32,000 nt of DNA, taken from positions 180,001-212,000 of the forward strand of contig JAUWGH010000003.1 of assembly GCA_030606485.1 (NCBI GenBank). Direction: 5' to 3'. The notes below the pieces were generated by a model. It was not told the DNA's origin. It searched no databases and saw only the letters and a program-made list of their open reading frames with translations. The DNA is from Promethearchaeota archaeon (lineage in GTDB: Archaea > Asgardarchaeota > Lokiarchaeia > Sigyniarchaeales > SOKP01). Positions 27,044-32,000 of the stretch are shown here, in pieces; position 1 is the stretch's first letter; every line of letters starts with the position of its first letter. The position numbers and the translations under genes are program-made.

Positions 27044-28066
27044 TTAAGAAATATTTGAGCAAGCTTTCTTTAAGAGTTCTTCAGCTTTCTTAGTAAAACT
27101 ACTTAAGATGTCATCAACACTTAAAATATCATCAATCAATCCGACAGTTTGACCAACAGGTATGGCTCCATCCTCAACATCGCCTTCTGTATATACGATT
27201 TCATATCTGCGTAACTCTTCTAAAAATTCATCTAGATCATAGGCTAATTCTTGGGAAATTTTATCATCCTTAGAAATAATTTCACCATGTTCCAGAGCAT
27301 ATTTATTTTTTAGTAGTCTTATTGGACCAAAACCACCAGTTGTGAGTATAGTATCTCTTGCTGTTGCTGGAGGAATTAAATCCTTGTAATTTTGATGAAA
27401 TTCACTCTCTTTACAGGCAATAAATCGAGTCCCCATAGCAATTGCATCGGCACCCGCAGCAATACCGGCTGCAATTCCTTCAGGACTTGCAAATCCACCG
27501 CAAGCAACTATTAAATGTTCAGGATATTTTCGTAAAACTTGCTGTAGTAGAACTAAGGTTGAAATTTCTTCATAGGATTGATGCCCCCCTCCATCGATAC
27601 CTGTAGCCACAATACCATCACATCCTGCTTTAACGATTTTATCAACCAGCCATAAAGCAGGACCCACATGAAAATGTTTTACATAAGGCATTTTCTTTTT
27701 TATCCATTCAGAGGCAAATCTAGCCCCTCCAGCACTAGTTAATAAATATACTAACTGTTCTCTAATTTTTGGATTCTCTCTCATCCATTTTGGAAGGGTC
27801 CGTATTATTACCTTATGGTCGGTTTGGATCCTTGCAGTTCTAATATTTAATCCAAAAGGTTTATCGGTGCTCTCTATTACATGCATAATCTGTTCTTTCA
27901 TATCTGTAACAGAATTTTTTCCTCGTAAAGTGGCATGGCTCAAAACTCCCAGACCGCCTGCTTCAGAAACCGCAATCGTTAATTCCGTAGTATAAAAGGG
28001 GCCCATTGGAGCGCTCATAATGGGATATTTTAACCCGAACAGTTCAGTTATTCTGGTTTTTATCAT
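27044..28066 (-). CDS. Nitronate monooxygenase / FabK-like FMN oxidoreductase
   Basis: KYPIMSAPMG, VSEAGGLG, GIDGGGH, ACGGF, GADAIAMGTRF, GQTVGLI. Confidence 0.88.
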   Translation of the reverse strand: MIKTRITELFGLKYPIMSAPMGPFYTTELTIAVSEAGGLGVLSHATLRGKNSVTDMKEQIMHVIESTDKPFGLNIRTARIQTDHKVIIRTLPKWMRENPKIREQLVYLLTSAGGARFASEWIKKKMPYVKHFHVGPALWLVDKIVKAGCDGIVATGIDGGGHQSYEEISTLVLLQQVLRKYPEHLIVACGGFASPEGIAAGIAAGADAIAMGTRFIACKESEFHQNYKDLIPPATARDTILTTGGFGPIRLLKNKYALEHGEIISKDDKISQELAYDLDEFLEELRRYEIVYTEGDVEDGAIPVGQTVGLIDDILSVDDILSSFTKKAEELLKKACSNIS

Positions 28067-28401
28067 ATTTTTACTTCACTTAAAGTATTTTTAAGATTAA
28101 ATAAGTCTTATTTAATTATATGGATGTTAAATTTTTTATTTTGTATTCTTTTATTATTTCTAATTAATAATTCAATTAAAAATTGAGTATTTCCAGCCTT
28201 TAAAGAAAAAATTATTCCATTTTGTTCGATTTATAATATCTTGATGATTTGAAGTTAAATCTTTCGTATAAATTTCATTAGATATTCTCTTAATAATTTC
28301 ATTAATTATGAGAAATTTAAAATACAATTGAATACAGTATTAATAGTATTAATTTTCTTATTAAAAAAATATTAAAAAAAATTTGAGATGATTTTCAAAA
28401 A

Positions 28402-28860
28402 ATGAAAGGAGAAATTCTAACTACTAAAGGTGCTGTTAGAGCTGAATTTGATTTTTGGGTTGGACTTTATTTAGATAAATTCTTGGATGGTTTAGAGCAA
28501 AAAAAATTTATTGGTAATAAATGTTCTAAATGTGGAAAAGTATATATCCCACCCAGAAAAATCTGCGGAGATTGTTTTGAACACATTGAGGAATATGTGG
28601 ACCTACCAGATATAGGTGTATTAACTAATTTTACATTTACAAAATGGGCAATAAGTGAGAGAAGACCTAGACAATCTAAAAATATCAAAATGATAGGTCT
28701 TGTTAAGCTTGATGGAGCTGATTCAGCAATGCTTTTACCCATATTAAAGACAGAACCGGAAAATCTTAAAATTGGAATGAAAGTTCAAGTTGTATGGAGT
28801 GAAAAACCACAAGGTCAACCAACAGATATAAAAGGCTTTAAGCCAATAGGAGGTGCTTAA
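28402..28860 (+). CDS. DUF35 Zn-ribbon/OB-fold thiolase partner protein
   Basis: CSKCGKVYIPPRKICGDC plus OB fold (LKIGMKVQVVW). Confidence 0.9.
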   Translation: MKGEILTTKGAVRAEFDFWVGLYLDKFLDGLEQKKFIGNKCSKCGKVYIPPRKICGDCFEHIEEYVDLPDIGVLTNFTFTKWAISERRPRQSKNIKMIGLVKLDGADSAMLLPILKTEPENLKIGMKVQVVWSEKPQGQPTDIKGFKPIGGA

Positions 28861-28862
28861 TT

Positions 28863-30008
28863 GTGGAGAAAGTAGGTATTGTTGGATATTATCAAGTTAA
28901 ACCTGAAACCGATATTCAAATGAGTCGTCCTGAAATGATTTTTTATGCTGCTCGGGGTGCTTTAGACTATGCAGGATTGAAAAGAGATGACCTTACGACA
29001 GTTATTTCTGCTACTAATGATTATTATGACGGAAAAACTATCTCGAATTGTTTTACAGTAGAAGCAGGAGGTGCCTATCTTAAGGATGAGAGTAAAGTTG
29101 AAATGGATGGCGCACATGCGGTAAACTATGGATTAATGCGATGTCTTTCAGGTCATCATAAATTAGCGTTAGTGTGGGGTGCAAGTCAACCTTCAACATT
29201 TTATTATAGTTGTATAAGGGTGCTTGAAAATGATCCAACATTTGACCGTCCAATAAATCTTCTGAACGATTATACAGCTGCTGCACTAGGAATGAGAGCA
29301 TATATGAATAAATTTGGAGTTTCAGTTGAAGATATTGCAAAAGTTGGAGTTAAGAATCATAAAAACGCAGCAAAGAATCCTCTAGCTTGGAATGAAGCTC
29401 AATTACCAGATATTACTGTTGAGGATATTCTTAATTCGGAAATGTTAAGCAATCCTGTTACCAAATTGATGCATGCATTGCCTTGTGATGGAGCTACAGC
29501 ATTAGTATTAGCTCCCGAAGGATTGGCTAAAAAGATTATAGATGATCCTGTTTGGATTACTGGTGTAGGGCTCTGTCAAGAAACATATTATCTTGGAGAT
29601 AGAGATTTAAGTATCAGTGTTTCAATGGAAAAAGCTGCACAAAAAGCATATAAATTAGCGGGAATAAATGATCCGAGAAAAGATATTGATGTAGTAGAAC
29701 TATTTGAACATTCTGCTTATGAGGAATTAGTTCTTGCAGAGGCTTTAGGTTTATGTGAGAAAGGTAAAGGGTCAAGCTTATCTTCAGAGATCAACGGAGA
29801 AATACCAATTAATCCTTCTGGAGGAAATATAGGAGCTTTTACTCCTTGTGCAACAGGAATAACTAGAATAATAGAAGCTGTAAAACAAATTCAAGGAGAA
29901 GCAAAAGGTTATCAGGTAAAAGATGCAAATCGAGCGATTGCTCATGGGCAAATTGGTTTTTGTGCCCAAAATAATATTGTATTTATATTAGAAGGAGGTA
30001 AAAGATAA
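28863..30008 (+). CDS. Ltp4-like thiolase-fold protein
   Basis: DYYDG, ESKVEMDGAHA, DGATALVLA, INPSGG, AIAHGQIGFCAQNNIVFILEG resemble actinobacterial Ltp4 as I recall it; GTG start after GGAGGTG. Confidence 0.88.
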   Translation: MEKVGIVGYYQVKPETDIQMSRPEMIFYAARGALDYAGLKRDDLTTVISATNDYYDGKTISNCFTVEAGGAYLKDESKVEMDGAHAVNYGLMRCLSGHHKLALVWGASQPSTFYYSCIRVLENDPTFDRPINLLNDYTAAALGMRAYMNKFGVSVEDIAKVGVKNHKNAAKNPLAWNEAQLPDITVEDILNSEMLSNPVTKLMHALPCDGATALVLAPEGLAKKIIDDPVWITGVGLCQETYYLGDRDLSISVSMEKAAQKAYKLAGINDPRKDIDVVELFEHSAYEELVLAEALGLCEKGKGSSLSSEINGEIPINPSGGNIGAFTPCATGITRIIEAVKQIQGEAKGYQVKDANRAIAHGQIGFCAQNNIVFILEGGKR

Positions 30009-31255
30009 TGGGAGTACAACCAGCAATAGTTAGTGCGGGGTTTAGTGAACACGCATCAAAAAGATCGGATGTAAATATGGCAGAATTGATGAATGAGGCA
30101 ATTGAAGATGCTTTAAACAAATGTAATTGTACAATTGATGATATTGACTGTGTTATCAATGGAAATATGCCTGCATTCGAAGGTGCTAATATTCCAGAGT
30201 TGTGGATGACAGATCATATAGGAGCAAAAAATAAACCATTTATGAGGGTAACCACTGGTGGAACCACAGGAGGTTCAGTAGCGATTGCAGCATATTATGC
30301 TGTAGCATCAGGGTTATATGATACAGTTTTAGCAACATCATTTGAACAACAATCTTGTGGAAGTACTACAGTTGGTTTATCATCAGTTGCTTTAGGTGAA
30401 GTTTCAATATATCTACAATTGGGATATGATTTTGAAAAATTAAGAAGAAATATGGGTGCGGGAGCAGCAATCGGAATTGGTGCATATCAAGCGATAAATT
30501 ATATGAGACGAAGTCATTGCACTGAAGAAGATCTAGCCAGAGTTGTTGTTCAAAATAGACATAATGCTGCAAAAAATTGGTGGACTCATTTAAAAATGCC
30601 AAACATTACAATTGAGCAAATATTAGAAACACCTTATATCTCATATCCCTTGCGATTTGGTATGGTTACACCAGCTTCAGACGGTAGTTGCGCTATGATA
30701 TATACTACTGAAGAAAATGCTAAAAAATTTACAGATACTCCTGTTTATGTGAATGGAGTTGCAAGTGTTAGTAATGAAAATGCAATAGTAGCGCCAGAGG
30801 CTTCTGGTTGTGGGCAAATTGACCCTTGTGAGCAATTAAGCGCTACAATATCTGCAAAATTAGCTTATGAACAGGCAGGCATTTCATTTCCAGAGAAAGA
30901 AATCGATTATGTTGAAGTATATTCACCATTTCCAAATCAAGAATTTATGTGGCTAGAAAGATTGGGGCTATTTGAAGAAAATACCGCACCTATGCAATAT
31001 AGGGAAGGGGTAACAGCCCTTGATGGAGATTTACCGGTAAATTGCTCAGGTGGAGTAAATTCAACTAATGCTATTGGTGCTTCAGCAATGGAAAGAGTAG
31101 CAGAAGCGGCTTTACAGATCATGGGAAAAGCAGGGAATCAAAGTCCAAAAGAGATACATACAGCAATTGGTCATGGTTGGGGTGGTACTATTAATTTAAT
31201 TACATTATCCGTTTTGGCTGATCAACCAAGAAGAAAATATAAAGGAGGGATATAA
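30008..31255 (+). CDS. Ltp3-like thiolase-fold protein
   Basis: AFEGANIPELWMTDHIGAKNKPFMRVTTGGTTGGS, EVYSPFP, SGGVNSTNAIGASA. Confidence 0.88.
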   Translation: MGVQPAIVSAGFSEHASKRSDVNMAELMNEAIEDALNKCNCTIDDIDCVINGNMPAFEGANIPELWMTDHIGAKNKPFMRVTTGGTTGGSVAIAAYYAVASGLYDTVLATSFEQQSCGSTTVGLSSVALGEVSIYLQLGYDFEKLRRNMGAGAAIGIGAYQAINYMRRSHCTEEDLARVVVQNRHNAAKNWWTHLKMPNITIEQILETPYISYPLRFGMVTPASDGSCAMIYTTEENAKKFTDTPVYVNGVASVSNENAIVAPEASGCGQIDPCEQLSATISAKLAYEQAGISFPEKEIDYVEVYSPFPNQEFMWLERLGLFEENTAPMQYREGVTALDGDLPVNCSGGVNSTNAIGASAMERVAEAALQIMGKAGNQSPKEIHTAIGHGWGGTINLITLSVLADQPRRKYKGGI

Positions 31256-31256
31256 A

Positions 31257-31778
31257 ATGGTAAGATTAGAATATATTAAAAAACAATATACAAGAACAAG
31301 AAGAGTGCATGGAAATTGGTATTTGGCCTCATATCAATATAAATTCAATGTTAAAAGAATTAATCAGTGTCTTGAACATCTAAGGAAGGGAGAACTAGTT
31401 GGATTGAAATGTCGTTCTTGCAATACAGTGTCTTTCCCTCCCAGACTTATATGTCCCAAGTGTTTAAAAATGCCAGATGAATGGGTTCATTTGAGGGATA
31501 CAGCTACCGTAGCAACTTTTTCTGGAACTTACGCTCAAGAAGCTGGAGATACAGAACCAAGACCTTATCCTGTTGTAGCAATTCGTCAAGATGGTTCGGA
31601 TACAACTTGGCTTGCAAATTTACCGGAAGGCTATGATTTCTTTAAAGTCTATGTTGGGATGCCTTTAAAAGTTAAATGGGCGGAGGATAAAAAAGGAGAT
31701 TTTAGTGATATTGAATATTATGAGCCAATAGAAGATCCAAGCATTGAAATGAACAAAAAAGAGGAAGCAGAGAAATAA
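31257..31778 (+). CDS. DUF35 Zn-ribbon/OB-fold thiolase partner protein
   Basis: CRSCNTVSFPPRLICPKC plus OB fold (VGMPLKVKW). Confidence 0.9.
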   Translation: MVRLEYIKKQYTRTRRVHGNWYLASYQYKFNVKRINQCLEHLRKGELVGLKCRSCNTVSFPPRLICPKCLKMPDEWVHLRDTATVATFSGTYAQEAGDTEPRPYPVVAIRQDGSDTTWLANLPEGYDFFKVYVGMPLKVKWAEDKKGDFSDIEYYEPIEDPSIEMNKKEEAEK

Positions 31779-31940
31779 TTTAAGTATACATTGATTCTCA
31801 ATTATTTATTTTAAATATTTTTATTCTTTTTTTTTTACTTACTACATCTTAGATTTATATTTTGATATTTTCATAAAGATTTTTAATATAATACTAAGAG
31901 TTATTCATTAAGTAAAATAAAAAAGAGTATAAAAATTTTC

Positions 31941-32000
31941 ATGAAAGCGGCTGTTTTTAAGGGATTAAAAGAAAAAATAAAAATAATTGAAGATTATCCT
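31941..32000 (+). CDS. Partial CDS, probable Zn-dependent alcohol dehydrogenase (MDR) N-terminus
   Basis: MKAAVFKGLKEKIKIIEDYP runs off the window end; MKAAV.. is a typical MDR start. Confidence 0.55.
   Translation, partial: MKAAVFKGLKEKIKIIEDYP

Noticed and set aside
514-31122. Remaining short antisense or alternate-frame ORFs in the track (e.g. 514..792, 9934..10293, 13790..14119, 13808..14263, 21090..21428, 25900..26181)
   Set aside because: All overlap well-supported genes and lack motifs; treated as shadows.

Overview
AT-rich (roughly 30% GC) archaeal window, most likely from an Asgard archaeon (Lokiarchaeia-like). This is inferred from a Rab-like small GTPase, GGAGGTGA ribosome-binding sites, archaeal-type PIN toxin-antitoxin pairs and multiple thiolase/DUF35 clusters. 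Most of the window is an acyl-CoA/lipid catabolic island. It holds five non-canonical thiolase-fold proteins with five DUF35 partners, an SCP2 domain protein, two acyl-CoA dehydrogenases (one with a C-terminal wHTH-like extension), an enoyl-CoA hydratase, an acetoacetyl-CoA synthetase, a BKACE enzyme, a nitronate-monooxygenase/FabK-like flavoprotein and a glycyl radical enzyme of unassigned specificity. The most unusual structure is missing from the ORF track. Downstream of the acetoacetyl-CoA synthetase (AACS) gene lie two clear (19450-19578, 22523-22677) and one faint (18662-18700) decayed, diverged copies of that gene's 3' end, all in the same orientation. They separate cargo blocks (two TA modules, AAC(3) acetyltransferase, a hypothetical protein, the hydratase), which looks like serial cassette integration at the 3' end of a protein-coding gene. 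Also noted: a ~235-nt GC-enriched intergenic element with eight compatible stems, and a probable ATA start for AACS. No rRNA, tRNA, CRISPR array, integrase or transposase was recognised.
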